A stretch of DNA of 64,000 nt from Squalus acanthias (lineage: Eukaryota): positions 41,230,001-41,294,000 of the forward strand of contig CM059445.1 of the NCBI GenBank assembly GCA_030390025.1, in the 5' to 3' direction. Shown here piece by piece: positions 1 through 12,701 of the stretch (the first letter of the stretch is position 1; every line of letters starts with the position of its first letter). The notes beneath the pieces were generated by a model. That model searched no databases. It was not told where the DNA came from and was given only the letters and a program-made list of their open reading frames with translations. Made by a program: the position numbers and the translations under genes.

Positions 1-440
1 TCACATTAATGGGACCAGCCCAATTTGCACTGATTACTTCTGTGACTTCAAGACCTAGTTCTCATTCTTCACAAATACCCGAGGGAAAATTGTCATTGCT
101 CCGACACCTCGTAGCCACTCCCAGATGTACTGCCTACCCACACCTCCCAATGGATTCAATCATTTAGGACTGTTACTGGTTCACTTCACTCCCAAAGCCA
201 ATTGCAAGAATCTCAAGATGTCAAATTCAATGGCTGGTACCCTTTATGAAAAGTCAGAGATGGTCCCATCGCAAGATACATTGAGGAAGGTTATGCCAGA
301 ATATCTGGATATCTGGATTTAGAACAAGAAAGAAAACCAGGTAATATTATCTCAATAGACATTACCAAGTTGGATGACAATTTCTTTCAACTGTTGATTT
401 TCTCAATTCCTGGAAAGAAGGACACTGCAGTTGTAGTAAG

Positions 441-810
441 ACAACAACAACAACTTGCATTTATATAACGCCTTTAACATAGTAAAACATTCCAAGGAGC
501 TTCACAGGTGTGTTATCAAACAATATTTGACACTGAGCCACATAAGGAGATATTAGGACAGGTGACCAAAAGCTTGGTCAAAGAGACAGGCTTTAAGGAG
601 GGTCTTAAAGGACAAAAGAGAGGTAGAGAGGCGGAGAGGTTTAGGGAGGGAATTCAGAGCTTAGAGCCTAGGCAGCTGAAGGCACGGCCGCCAATGGTGG
701 AGTGATGAAAATCGGGGATGCTCAGGAGGCCAGAATTGGAGGTGCTCAGAGAGCTTGGTAGGGGCGAGGCCATGGAGAGATTTGAAAGCATGGATGAGAA
801 TTTTAAAAAA
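441..810 (-). mobile_element. L2-clade LINE 3' fragment
   Basis: Minus strand encodes TIGGRAFSCLGSKL(W)NSLP, the typical L2 ORF2 C-terminus, and ends in ...atataaatgcaag(ttg)n. Homologous to 34627-35495 and 58528-58915. Confidence 0.8.
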
Positions 811-850
811 AGACCACTGTTATTGGCAGTCCAGACCAATGATTTACAAT

Positions 851-1604
851 GGCCCAGAAATTTGACTCGGAGGCTTGCCGCGGGGGTAAGGATCGCGCGC
901 GATATCACACACCGCGCCGGCCGTTGTGTTTTGGACCCACAGGAGCTTCGGGTCCCGGGCCTCTCCCTGGTGCCGGCGTGCAGTGTGTGCGTGTCCCAGG
1001 GGCACAGTTAGTGCGATGCGACCTCTGGGATCACGTGGGCCATGGAGAGCCAATGGCAGCAGACCATCTTTCATTCATAGATTTGACAGGAGACCTGTCA
1101 AATCTGTGAATTGAAAGAGACCTCAAAAGAACAGCTAAACCTCAAATATTTTTTTAAAAAACCCATCACATTAATAAAATAACTATAGTTAAATAAATTA
1201 ACCACTTTAAACAAAAATTTAAATTTTTGAAAAAATTAATTTTTTTTTTAAAGTTATAAAAATAAACTTACCTTTCTTTAAAGTCTCTAAAAAAGATAAA
1301 CCTGTTGAAAAATTTTTAAAATTATACTTAATTAACTACTTACCTTGTTCAAAAGGGGTCTTACGCCTCCTTTTTACTTGTGTAGAATCTTCCATACTTA
1401 CCCTCGCGTTGAAACCTAAAAAAAAACCTAAGTGTGCTGCGTGCGCGCAGCCTCTAGTGCGCACGCGGTTCACTTAGGAACCGCCCCCTTCACCAGACCG
1501 GAAGTGCCGGTTTCCTGCGCATGTGCAGGAAACCGACACTTCGGGAACGAATACGGGTGAGTACGCACTGAGTACTCACCCGTTCTCGGCCGAATTTTTG
1601 GGCC
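851..1604. mobile_element. PIF/Harbinger-type MITE, family H1
   Basis: TIRs ggcccagaaatt / aatttttgggcc; 3-bp TSD AAT (848-850, 1605-1607); GC-rich ends and AT-rich core; related to 23443, 48218 and 49088 copies. Confidence 0.8.
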
Positions 1605-2021
1605 AATATTACAAACTCATAGAATCTTTGATCAAACTAAATATAATTGGAATTGGATGCTGCTAAAAAGTTAGAAAGCTGACTGGTCCCAGGGTGGAGA
1701 AGATTTGCATTTCACAAATAATGGATTTCAGGAGCTTCTTGCCTACTGATTTGCTTGCAACAAAATGTATGGAAGGCATAAAGGAATTAAATGAGACTGT
1801 TAGGATTATTTGCCTGAATGGTTATTCCTAAATTCTAAACAGTGAATTAAGGATATGCTTGAATTTTGAATCCAAGAATATAACATGCAGCTCGTACATA
1901 TCCAACTCTCAGTGGGGCTGTCTAACCTTTTCAGCCCAAGTATGTCAACTTTCTCAGTCTTACTAAAGCTAGGGTCCTCTGAAGTCTTTTCAGATGGATC
2001 AAGCAGACATTTCTACCCTCA

Positions 2022-2463
2022 ACTCACCTCTGAGTCAGAAGGTTGTGGGTTCAAGTCCCACTTCAGAGACTTGAGCACAAAAGTCTAGGCTAACGCTCCA
2101 GTGCAGTGCTGAGGGAGCGCTGCACTGTTGGAGGTACCGTCTTGCGGATGAGACGTTAAACCGAGGCCCCGTCTGCTCTCTCAGGTGGACGTAAAAGATC
2201 CCGTGGCACTATTTCGAAGAAGAGCAGAGGAGTTATCCCCAACGTCCTGGCCAATATTTATCCCTCAATCAACATTACTAAAACAGATTATCTGGTCATT
2301 ATCACATTGCTGTTTGTAGGAGCTTTCTGTGTGCAAATTGGCTGCCGTGTTTCCTACATTACAACAGTGACTAAACTTCAAAAGTACTTCATTGGCTGTA
2401 AAGTGCTTTGGGACATCCTGAGCTTGTGAAAGGCGCTATATAAATGCAAGTTTTCTTTCCTTT
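2022..2463 (+). mobile_element. tRNA-derived DeuSINE (SacSINE1-like)
   Basis: B-box ggttcaagtccc; Deu-domain-like core (gtaaaagatcccgtggcactatttcgaagaagagcag...gtcctggccaatatttatccctcaa); L2-like tail aaggcgctatataaatgcaag(tttc)n. Confidence 0.85.
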
Positions 2464-2571
2464 CAAATCATTGATGCTGCTGACTTTTCAACTCTAAACC
2501 ATATACGGTGCCAAGGCCTCTGCACTATAGGCTTTAATATCATCTGACAGTTGGCATAGCTCCCTATCTGT

Positions 2572-2757
2572 TGGGATAGATTTTCATCTTCACCATTTGG
2601 GCAGTAATCTCGTGGGGTTGATTACACGTCCTTTATAGAACCCACTTGATTTTCATTCCATTGATTTCAATAGAATTTAAATTATTCAGGTTCTATAAAG
2701 GACAGGTAATCCATCCCACCAGATTATTGCTCAGGCAGTGAATATAAGTATCTACCC
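2572..2757. mobile_element. Palindromic (hairpin) MITE, probably Harbinger-type
   Basis: The whole element is an imperfect inverted repeat (cctttatagaacc / ggttctataaagg) centred on ccattgatttcaatag; ends gggatagat / atctaccc; possible TSD TGT. A related half copy lies at about 22193-22290. Confidence 0.65.
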
Positions 2758-3281
2758 TGTTATTCCTAGGTCTACAAATACATTCTACCAGTTCTTAAAG
2801 CTCCTGGATTAATTAATCTTGCCAAAATCAGTCAGGTTGTATAGTCCTTAAGGATATGAAGGTGATGATTTTGAAGTAGGCTTTATAAGATAGACCCCAA
2901 AGATTCATAATTCAGTTTTTATGTCTATTGCCGGTACAAAAAGTTTCTCATTTCTTTTAGAGAAGAATGATTATCTTTTGCCCTTTACATTCTGCTCTGT
3001 TGAGTGCTAATCTTTTTATATTCTATGCACTTACAAATAATATCTTTCTCTGAGCAGTAGAATTATAGGAAATTCTTTGTACTTAACCTTCACTATCTTC
3101 TAATATCCTTTTCATTTTATACATTATACTTCTTCATTGATGTGGTGAGATGTGCTTGCATCCGAAAGCTGAATCCAGTCTAATCTTGAAAGCTTTTTTT
3201 TACATGAACAAACCAAGGGGGGAGATTTCCTCCAGTTGCTATTTGTTTGCAATACTGCAAGATATCCGATGTTCACTATTT

Positions 3282-3520
3282 AAACATAGAAACATAGAAA
3301 AATAGGAGCAGGAGTAGGCCATTCAGTCCTTCGAGCCTGCTCCGCCATTCAATATGATCATGGCTGATCCTCTATCTCAATACCATATTCCCGCTCTCTC
3401 CCCATACCCCTTGATGCCTTTTGTGTCTAGAAATCTATCTATCTCCCTCTTAAATATATTCAGTGACTTGGCCTCCACAGCCTTCTGTGGTAGAGAATTC
3501 CACAGGTTCACCACCCTCTG
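3282..3520 (-). mobile_element. CR1 LINE 3' fragment
   Basis: (catagaaa)n tail repeat, 3' motif gaatggcctactcctgctcct, and a RVVNLWNSLPQKAVEA-type C-terminus on the minus strand. Confidence 0.9.
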
Positions 3521-4078
3521 GCAAGATCTTCAATTTTTAGAAGAATGGGTTTACTGAATGGCAAGTGGTGAAAATCTTCCCATTATGTTTATAATGCAAC
3601 TAATGCATAGAAACCAGAGGACACATTCTCTGAGTTATCCGTTGCAAGTCAGAGCCCTTCCCAGATGAATCCTTAAGGAATGAGATTTGCCAACTGACAA
3701 CCTCCTCCACTGAGATTATGACTTATTATATATGGTGAACTTTAAGGGTACCTGACATCTGTCATCTTTATTTTTCCTCTTTAGCAACTTGGAAGGGACA
3801 AGGTTATAATCCTGGCTGACATGGTTGAATCGCAAATCAAATCATCCCAACATCTTTTTGCCATTAGATTGCGTGATCAAGCCAGTCTGATTCCAAACCA
3901 TTTAACTGAATGGTGCTATTTATTCGGATGCTTTTTGTATTCTGGTGATCTATTTTATTGCGAGTCAAGTTTTCATTAAATTTTTAAGTGTCTTAAATGG
4001 CCATTTTCATAGTTCAACAGGTTTCCAATTAATCACATCCGATGTTTGCCTTTTTCAAAGTGTGTGTATGTTATGAAG

Positions 4079-4103
4079 GAGAGAGAGAAAGAGAGAGAGA
4101 GAG
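4079..4103. repeat. (GA)n microsatellite
   Basis: Imperfect GA run. Confidence 0.8.
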
Positions 4104-4584
4104 ATGACACTATTCCCGTCATTAATATGCTTTGTGGGACCCTCATAAATGATGCATTTGTTTTGGGCTGAGATGTCAAATTGCCTGAAGAAATTGGTTC
4201 TCAATTCATAACTTTTATCTGGTATTATTCACTGCATTCTGTACCTTGGCATTTTGGTGTCAGTCATGGTGGGTTATGAATGTAATGAGAAACCCACTTT
4301 AGACCAAATGCCGTAGGATAGATTTATTAAATTATGATTCAGCAAAATGGAGTAGGTCTCACATAAATCATACAGTCCACCTTGCATAATGGAAGACAAT
4401 ATCACAGTGCCCTAATGATCTGTAAGAGCTACAATGAAAGCATTGTAAGTACAAGTGCTCACTAAGGGAGCCAATTGCACAATGTGATTGAAACTTTCTC
4501 ACATTGCACCTAATGTCAATATCAGATTGCTTTAACTCAGGTATGATGTACTTCAGTTGCATTATTGGTGTTTACTACATTACA

Positions 4585-4996
4585 TGAGTTTAGAAGAATG
4601 AGAGGGGATCTCATTGAAACGTATAAAATTCTGACAGGGCTAGACAGAATGGATGCAGGGAGGATGTTTCCCCTGGCTGGGGGGTCTAGAACGAGGGGTC
4701 ACAGTCTCAGGATATGGGGTAGGACATTTAGGACTGAGATGAGGAGAAATTTCTTCACTCAGAGGGTGGTGAACCTGTGGAATTCTCTACCACAGAAGGC
4801 TGTGGAGGCCAAGTCACTGAATATATTTAAGAAGGAGATAGATAGATTTCTAGACACAAAAGGCATCAAGGGGTATGGGGAGAGAGCGGGAATATGGTAT
4901 TGAGCTAGAGGATCAGCCATGATTATATTGAATGGTGGAGCAGGCTCAAAGGGCCGAATGGCCTACTCCTGCTCCTATATTTTCTATGTTTCTATG
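4585..4996 (+). mobile_element. CR1 LINE 3' fragment
   Basis: ORF 4565-4903 EFRRMRGDLIETYKIL...TRGHSLRI...RRNFFTQRVVNLWNSLP; (tttctatg)n tail. Confidence 0.92.
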
Positions 4997-6107
4997 AAGC
5001 ATTATGTTACAATGATGATAGCTAAAGACTGACCACTGTGACATTTTCTTACAGTGTAATAGGCTTTTGTGCTCACTCTCCAAAAGCTTGCTGATATATT
5101 GCTAATTATTGTTAACTTTGTGGCATTTTTAGCTGCTGTGCTAAATAAAACTCATCAGGGTTTTGAGATTGTAAAAGGCATAATATAAAGTCTGTCGGAT
5201 TTACAATTCGACTGAGAGAATCCTGCATAATTTTCCTTTAAGATTATAATGCTCTCTGCTGGATCTGTAATAGTTTTGAGGAGGTTATTAATTGGACATT
5301 TTAAGACAAGTCTAGCTCATTAAGGATTAAGCTTCTACTAAAATAGTTAACTTGATTTGTTCACTTAAAAATTAAGGCACTATTAAATTACAACTTTTGT
5401 ATCGATGCCAAGAAGTTTTGAGTGTGCATCAAAATGAAAATGGCAGATTAGGTCCAGAGTTAAATCCCAATGTAAAGGTGTGATATCCCTCAAGAAAGCT
5501 CTCTCACAGAGTCTGGGCTTCCTAATTTTTGGAGTATAACTCCAATCTAATAGCTGGTAACTTTAGCTGAAATAACAGTATTTACTGAATGCAAACTTTC
5601 AAGATCACATTAGGTTTTAACAACAAGTGCAAATCAGTATATGTACATTTACACCTAAAGGGACTTGTACATGCATTCTAAAGCTGGCATTTTTGGCTCT
5701 TTACACTGGATATTGTCCTCAGGTTCAGCATCCCTGACCAGTCCACTCACTTAAGTGAGCTTCACGTCCCTTATGAACCAGATTGTGCCTTCAGCTCTCC
5801 AATATTGGTAAATGTGGAGAGATCCAGAGATCGAACAGTGAACCCTTGTTACTGTCTGGCTTACTGCAATATCTCATGTGAGCTCCTCAACCTCAGAAGG
5901 CTATAAGCCAACAAATTTATTGAATCTTAAATATGTAAATGAACAGTAGTCAGTACAAACAGTAAATTTACAGTCATTATAAACTATACCATTCTCCTCA
6001 AAATGTTATGACAGCAAAGAAACTTCTGCACTAACACTGAACATAAAATTGACCCTTTAAGGACAATCATTACTTTTTACATTGATACAATCTATCAAAC
6101 AGCTGTC

Positions 6108-9100
6108 TTTTTTTTATTCATTCATGGGATGTGGGCATCACTGGCAAGGCCAGCATTTATTGCACATCCCTAGTTGCCCTTGAGAAGGTGGTGGTGAGCC
6201 GCCTTCTTGAACCGCTGCTGATAGTACTCCCACAGTGTCGTTAGGGAGTTCCAGGGTTTTGACACAGCGACGATGAAGGATCGGCGATATGCTTCTAAGT
6301 CAGGATGGTGTGTGACTTGGAGGGGAACTTGCAGGTGGTGGTGTTCCCATACGCCTGCTGCTCTTGTCCTTCTAGGTGGAAGAGGTCACGGGTGTGGGAG
6401 GTGTTGCCAAAGAAGCCTTGGCGAGTTGCTGCAGTGCATCTTGTAGATGGTACACACTGCAGCCACGGTACGCCGGTGGTGGAGGGAGTGAATGTTTAAG
6501 GTGGTAGAGGGGGTGCCAATCAAGCGGGCTGCGTTGTTCTGGATGGAGTCGAGCTTCTTGAGTGTTGTTGGAGCTGCACTCATCCAGGCAAGTGGAGAGT
6601 ATTCCATCACATTCCTTACTTGTGCCTTGTAGATGTTGATGGTGGGAGATTCGGCGATGGTAATGCCATTGAATGTCAAGGGGAGGTGGTTAGACTCTCG
6701 CTTGTTGGAGATAGTCATTGCCTGGCACTTCTGTGGCGCGAATGTTACCTGCCACTTATCAGCCCAAGCCTGAATGCCATCCAGGTCTTGTTGCAGGCGG
6801 GCATGGACTGCTTCATTATCTGAGGAGTTGTGAATGGCACGGAACACTGTGCAGTCATCAGCGAACATCCCCATTTCTGACCTTATGTTGGAGGGAAGGT
6901 CATTGATGAAGCAGCTGAAGATGGTTGGGCCTAGGACACTGCCCTGAGGAACTCCTGCAATGATGTCCTGGGGCTGAGATGATTGATCGTCAACCACCAC
7001 GACTATCTTCCTTTGTGCTAGGTATGACTCCAGCCAGTGGAGCGTTTTCCTCCCGATTCCCATTGACTTCAGTTTTAGCAAGGCTCCTTGATGCCACACT
7101 CGATCAAATGCTGCCTTGATATCGAGGGCAGTCACTCTCACCTCACCTCTGGAATTCAGCTCCTTTGTCCTTGTTTGGACCAAGGCTGTAATGAGGTCAT
7201 AAGAACATAAGAACATAAGAAACAGGAGCAGGAGTAGGCCAATCGGCCCCTCGAGCCTGCTCCGCCATTCAATAAGATCATGGCTGATCCAATCTTGGCC
7301 TCAACACCACTTTCCCGCTCTTTTGCCATCCCCCTTAACTCCTTTGCAGTTCAAATGTCTGTCAATCTCTGCCTTGAATATATTCAATGGCTCCGCCTCC
7401 ACAGCTCTCTGGGGTAGAGAATTCCAAAGATTCACGACCCTATGAGAGAAGAAATTCCTTCTCATCTCTGCCTTAAATGGGTGACCCCTTATTCTGAAAC
7501 TATGCCCCCTAGTTCTAGATCCCCCCACTAGGGGAAACATCCTCTCAACATCCACCCTGTCAATCCCCCTCAGAATCTTATATGTTTCAATAAGATCACC
7601 TCTCATTCTTCTAAACTCCAATGAGTATAGGCCCAACCTGCTCAAACCTTTCGTCATATGTCAACCCCTTCATCCCAGGAATCAACCTAGTGAACCTTCT
7701 CTGCACTGCCTCCAATGCAAGTATATCCTTCCTTAAATATGGAGACCAAAACTGTACGCAGTACTCCAGGTGCGGTCTCACCAGCGCCCTGTAAAGTTGC
7801 ATCAAAACTTCCCTACTTTTATACTCCATCCCCCTTGCAACAAAGGCCAACATTCCATTAGCCTTCCTAATTACTTGCTGTACCTGCATGCTAGCTTTTT
7901 GTGTTTCATGTACTAGGACCCCCAGATCCCTTTGTACCGCAGCATTTTGTAGTCTCGGGAGCCGAGTGGTCTTGGTGGAACCCAAACTGAGCATCAGTGA
8001 GCAGGTTATTGGTGAGTAACTGCCGCTTGATAGCACTGTCGATGACACATTCCATCACTTTGCTGATGATTGAGAGTAGACTGATGGGGCATTAATTGGC
8101 CGGGTTGGATTTGTCCTGCTTTTTGTGGACAGGACATACCTGGGCAGTTTTCCACTTTGTTCGATAGATGCCAGTGTTGTAGCTGTACTGGAACAGCTTG
8201 GCTAGAGGTGTGGCTAGTTCTGGAGCACAAGTCTTCAGCACGATAGCCGGGATGTTGTCAGGGCCCATAGCCTTTGCTGTATCCAGTGTGCTCAGCCGTT
8301 TCTTGATATCACGTGGAGTGAATCGAATTGGCTGAAGACTGGCTTCTGTGATGGTGGGGACCTCAGGAGTAGGCCGATATGGATCATCCACTCGGCACTT
8401 CTGGCTGAAGATGGTTGCAACCGCTTCAGCCTTGTCTTTTGCACTCACGTGCTGGGCTCCACCATCATTGAGGATGGGGATATTCATGGAGCCTCCTCCT
8501 CCCGTTAGTTGTTTAATGGTCCACCACCATTCACGACTGGATGTGGCAGGACTGCAGAGCTTTGATGTGATCCATTGGTTGTGGGATCGCTTAGCCCTGT
8601 CTATTGCATGCTGCTTCCGCTTTTTAGCATGCATGTAGTCCTGTGTTGCAGCTTCCCCAGGTTGGCACCTCATTTTTAGGTACGCCTGGTGCTGCTCCTG
8701 GCATACTCTTCTACACTCCTTATTGAACCAGGGTTGGTCCCCTGGCTTGATGGTAATGGTAGAGTGAGGGATATGCCGGGCCATGAGGTTACTGATTGCG
8801 GTAGAATACAATTCTGCTGCTGCTGATGGCCCACAGCGCCTCACGGATGCCCAGTTTTGAGCTGCTAGATCTGTTCTGAATCTATCCCATTTAGCATGAT
8901 GATAGTGTCACACAGCATGATGAAGGGTCCTCAGTGTGAAGACGGGTCTCTATCTCCACAATGACTGTGCGGTGGTCACTGCTACCAATACTGTCCTGGA
9001 CAGATGCATCTGCGACAGGTAGATTGGTGAGGATGAGGTCAAGTAGGTTTTTTCCCTTGTGTTGGTTGTCTCACCACCTGTCGCAGTCCAAGACTGGCAG

Positions 9101-9716
9101 TTATGTCCTTCAGGCATCGGCCAGCTCGGTCAGTAGTGGTGCTACCGAGCCACTCTTGGTGATGGACATTGAAGTCCCCCACCCAGAGTACATTCTGTGC
9201 CCTTGCTACTCTCAGTGCTTCTTCCAAGTGGTCAACATGGAGCAGTACTGATTCATCAGCTGAGGGAGGGCGGTAGGTGGTAATCAGCAGGAGGTTTCCT
9301 TGCCCATGCTTGATCTGAAGCCATGAGACTTCATGGGGTCCGGAGTCAATGTTGAGGACGCCCAGGGCCACTCATTCCCGACTGTATACCACTGTGCCGC
9401 CACCCCTGGTGGGTCTGTCCTGCCGGTGGGACAGGACATACCCAGGGATGGTGATGGAGGAGTTTGGGATATTGGCTGAAAGGTATGATTCTGTGAGTAT
9501 GACTATGTCAGGCTGTTGCTTGACTAGTCTGTGGGACAGCTCTCCCAATTTTGGCACAAGTCCCCAGATGTTGGTGAGGAGGACTTTGCAGGGTCGACTG
9601 GGCTGGGTGTGCCATTGCCGTATCCGTAGCTGGTGCCGAGTTCAATGCCAGGTCTGGTTTTATTCTTATTATTGTGTTTCATAGCGGTTTGTTACAACTG
9701 AGTGGCTTGCTAGGCC
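6108..9716 (-). mobile_element. CR1-group LINE, second family ('LINE-B'), near-complete decayed EN-RT ORF, interrupted by a CR1 insertion
   Basis: APE motifs (VILTES, VGDFNVHH) and RT motifs ([36 protein letters not shown]) in ORFs 9372-9557, 9039-9371, 8092-8844 and 6386-7216; 3' end atgaatgaataaaaaaa. Confidence 0.9.
7199..7950 (-). mobile_element. CR1 LINE 3' portion nested in LINE-B
   Basis: ORFs 7611-8048 and 7301-7657 (QRDLGVLVH...[15 protein letters not shown]...RGDLIETYKI); (cataagaa)n tail; host LINE resumes on both sides. Confidence 0.92.
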
Positions 9717-10292
9717 ATTAGCTTCCTATCCCTGACAGCCTCAGCTTGACTGGTGAGCTGAATGCAGGTGGCCAAGTATAAGCCCACAAATATAAACCCC
9801 TGACTACAGAACTGTCTGTCAAAGGGACTACAAAGAATTGTGTCACTACTCCTCTCAGACCTAACTCACATCTCCACCTCTGATGTAGCTGTCAATAAAA
9901 CCTATGACTTTTAAAAGATCCCCGGAATGTTAGTCACAAAGGATCTTTGAATTGTAGAACTTGACCCCTGTCTGAGAAATCCATTCATTATATCTAACCA
10001 CTTTGATATATCTGGGATTGCTGGATGGTAACTCTTGTCCAGGTATCAGGAATGCTGCTGAACAGAATGGTACTAATGACTTTGCGCTCAAAAGACATTA
10101 CCACATTTAACTACCTGTTGTCGCACAGGTACAGATGCATAACAGGTTGTAGCTTGCAGAAACACCTAACAGTAAAAAAAATATGCTCACTGTGTGTGCT
10201 GTGCGCAGCCAGACGAATTCAATAGACAATCCATCATAGACAAGAATGCTTCAGTTTTGTTCCCTGGGCTACTATCCCATTTAGAGTTCCAA

Positions 10293-10384
10293 AGGTTGAG
10301 GTAAAAGATCAGCCATTATTGAATGGCGGAGCAGGCTCGAAGGGCCAAATGGCCTACTCCTGCTCCTATTTCTTACGTTCTTAT
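10293..10384 (+). mobile_element. CR1 3' tail fragment
   Basis: gatcagccat...gaatggcggagcaggctcgaagggccaaatggcctactcctgctcctatttcttacgttcttatg. Confidence 0.8.
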
Positions 10385-10772
10385 GGAAGGGAGGAGGTAA
10401 AAGGGCAGGTGTTGCATCTCCTGCATTTGCAAGGAAAGGTGCCGTGAGAAGGGGAAGGGGTGTTGGGGGTGATTGAGGAGTGGACCAGGGTGTTGCAGAG
10501 GGAGCAGTTCCTCCAGAATGCTGAAAAGGGAGGGGAGAGGAAGATGTGTTTGGTGGTGGGATCACGCTGGAGGTGGCAGAAATGGCGGAGGATGATCCGT
10601 TAAATGTGGAGGCTGGTGGGATGAAAGGTGAGGACAAGGGGGACCCTATCGTGGTTCTAGGAGGGAGGGGAAGGGGTGAGAGCAGAAGTGCAGGAAATGG
10701 AACGGACACGGTCGAGGGCCGTGTCAACCACGGTAGAGGGGAATCCTCGGTTGAGGAAAAAGGAAGACATAT
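10385..10772 (-). mobile_element. Penelope-like element internal fragment (RT C-terminus to GIY-YIG linker)
   Basis: Minus strand reads MSSFFLNRGFPSTVVDTALDRV...DRVPLVLTFHP...HGTFPCKCRRCNTCPF, including the Cys-rich linker typical of PLEs. Confidence 0.75.
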
Positions 10773-10830
10773 CGATTCTTCTTGGGAATTGTATATATAC
10801 TTGAAAAGGAAAAATTAGCAGAGCTATGAG

Positions 10831-10961
10831 CAATGTTCCCTGTAAGCTGTGTGGCCACACAGCGCTCCAGGGATCCTGCACAGCCGGCTTGCTGGCTTTT
10901 CAGTGTAAAAACCACCCTTAAAGGGGCTGCACGGTGCCAAACAAAATTACAGGGAACATTG
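10831..10961. mobile_element. hAT-superfamily MITE (131 bp)
   Basis: Perfect 15-bp TIR caatgttccctgtaa / ttacagggaacattg and perfect 8-bp TSD gctatgag (10823-10830, 10962-10969). Confidence 0.92.
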
Positions 10962-11017
10962 GCTATGAGGTAAAAATGGGGGAGTGGGACTAATTAGAGA
11001 GCTCTTTCAAAGAGCTG

Positions 11018-12701
11018 TGTAAAGTTTCGCAATTATCGCGATTCGAAATAACGAGATAGAAGCAGATTCGTTTGATCAGTTTATTTAAATGAAATGCTGT
11101 CATGATTAAACAGGACACAGAAGCCTGTAAAATGGCCGCCGCGCATCGTGGCAGAAGTTTCCAGAAGTACAGTGGGCAGACAAGATGGCGTTCGAATAAA
11201 CATTTTCGATAAGCACTGATAAAGACAGGATGCAACCTGTTTGCATTTGTGACAATAGCAAAAGATATGAGTGCTGGAATCGTTTTCCATGCACAAGTAA
11301 GGACCATTGTACTGGGCAATCGAAGGCCCATCCAGACACATCAATACGCAAATACCCCCACGGCTCTACAATGAGAGAGCCATTCTCGGGTGATTAAACA
11401 AGTATTCGGGGGCCCCCAAAACCCAGCCAGGGAGGCTCCGAGCCGGTTCAACAATGGGGAAAACATTAACGGGTAGTTGACCAGTCTCAGGTGCTACCGA
11501 AACCCGTTAAAGACAAGAATCACCCCATGCTGGGAGTTTTGAGCGCCAATATTTCACAAAGGACAAACATTAAGATTTGAGCGGGAGATAAGGGAACACA
11601 GCACTATAACTATAGACAACAAATGTCCATCGTGCTCTTATTTCTCTTACTCCCTTGATTCGATTCTTATTCGCTTGATTCGTGCTCTTGTTTCTCTGGA
11701 CTGTTGACTCTGGACTTTTAGCCGCACTGGACGGTTATTCGAATGTTGGGTGGAGCTCAAACGGAACGAGCCGCCTCGACGAAGGCCGGTAACCGGGTGC
11801 ACCATCCCGAGTGTCGGTAAATGGTGTTCTGGACCCGAAGGCCCGAAGAGACGAGACGAGACGAGATGAGAAGAGAAGAAGAAGAATCCACGTGCCGCCG
11901 CGGTCAGTAAACCCCGACCGCGCCGAATTTATACGAACTCTATCAGTTACTGCACGAACTGGTCATAGACTCTTCCTCGAATTTTATCGACAACTGGTGT
12001 CGATACAGGAAGACTCTTCTTTGAATTCTACCGGCAACTGGTGTCGGTCCAGGAAGACTTTTTCTTTGAGTTCTACAGCCGGGCCCGAGCACTGTCGAGT
12101 TCTTCATGACAACGGGTAGCCCAGCCTGCTTGCAGCAGCAGTGAAAGTAAACAAGTGGGGTACAGAGACCCCTCAAAACACGTGACAGTCAGGCGCTGCA
12201 GCGAAACGAGCCGAGCGCCTCACTTTAAAATTCTCCGAAGTATCACGAGTGGTGAGCATGTTTCCCGATCCTACAAATCTAGATGTAGTGTAGGTATTGA
12301 TAAGGGAAGGTGGTTTTATTAAGGATAAAGTACAATGTGTTCCCCTTTTTACGATGTGCCGTGCGTTCTTCATTACCATAGACCAAGCTTTATGAATGTA
12401 TGTATACTTGTACTATCGTTAATTTGTGCCTATGACATGTACTTCATGATTTTAGACGCTATGCAATAAAGATTTCCATTTCGTACTATTCAACCAGGTC
12501 TATTTGAGTTTTCTCTGCATTACTGCTCTCGCACCTAAGTCCAGTGTTAGAACCGTAAGGGCGAGAGGGTCGAACCACTCACAGGTGCTTATTGCAACAA
12601 GGCTGGCCGGAGACCAGAGCAAGCAATAGTATTGGGCAACGAAGGCCTAACCCCGCACCAGCACCGTCTGCGATACAAGCACGACACAAAAACCCCTTAC
12701 A
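11018..12701 (+). mobile_element. Solo LTR (1684 bp) of an LTR retroelement or ERV
   Basis: Termini TGTAA...TTACA, 4-bp TSD GCTG (11014-11017, 12702-12705), AATAAA at 12465-12470, CpG-rich, no recognisable ORF. Confidence 0.8.

Noticed and set aside
1-345. Possible exon (ORF 125-322; plus-strand donor ccag|gtaata; minus-strand acceptor near 313)
   Set aside because: All frames contain stops within short distances and no recognisable protein results.
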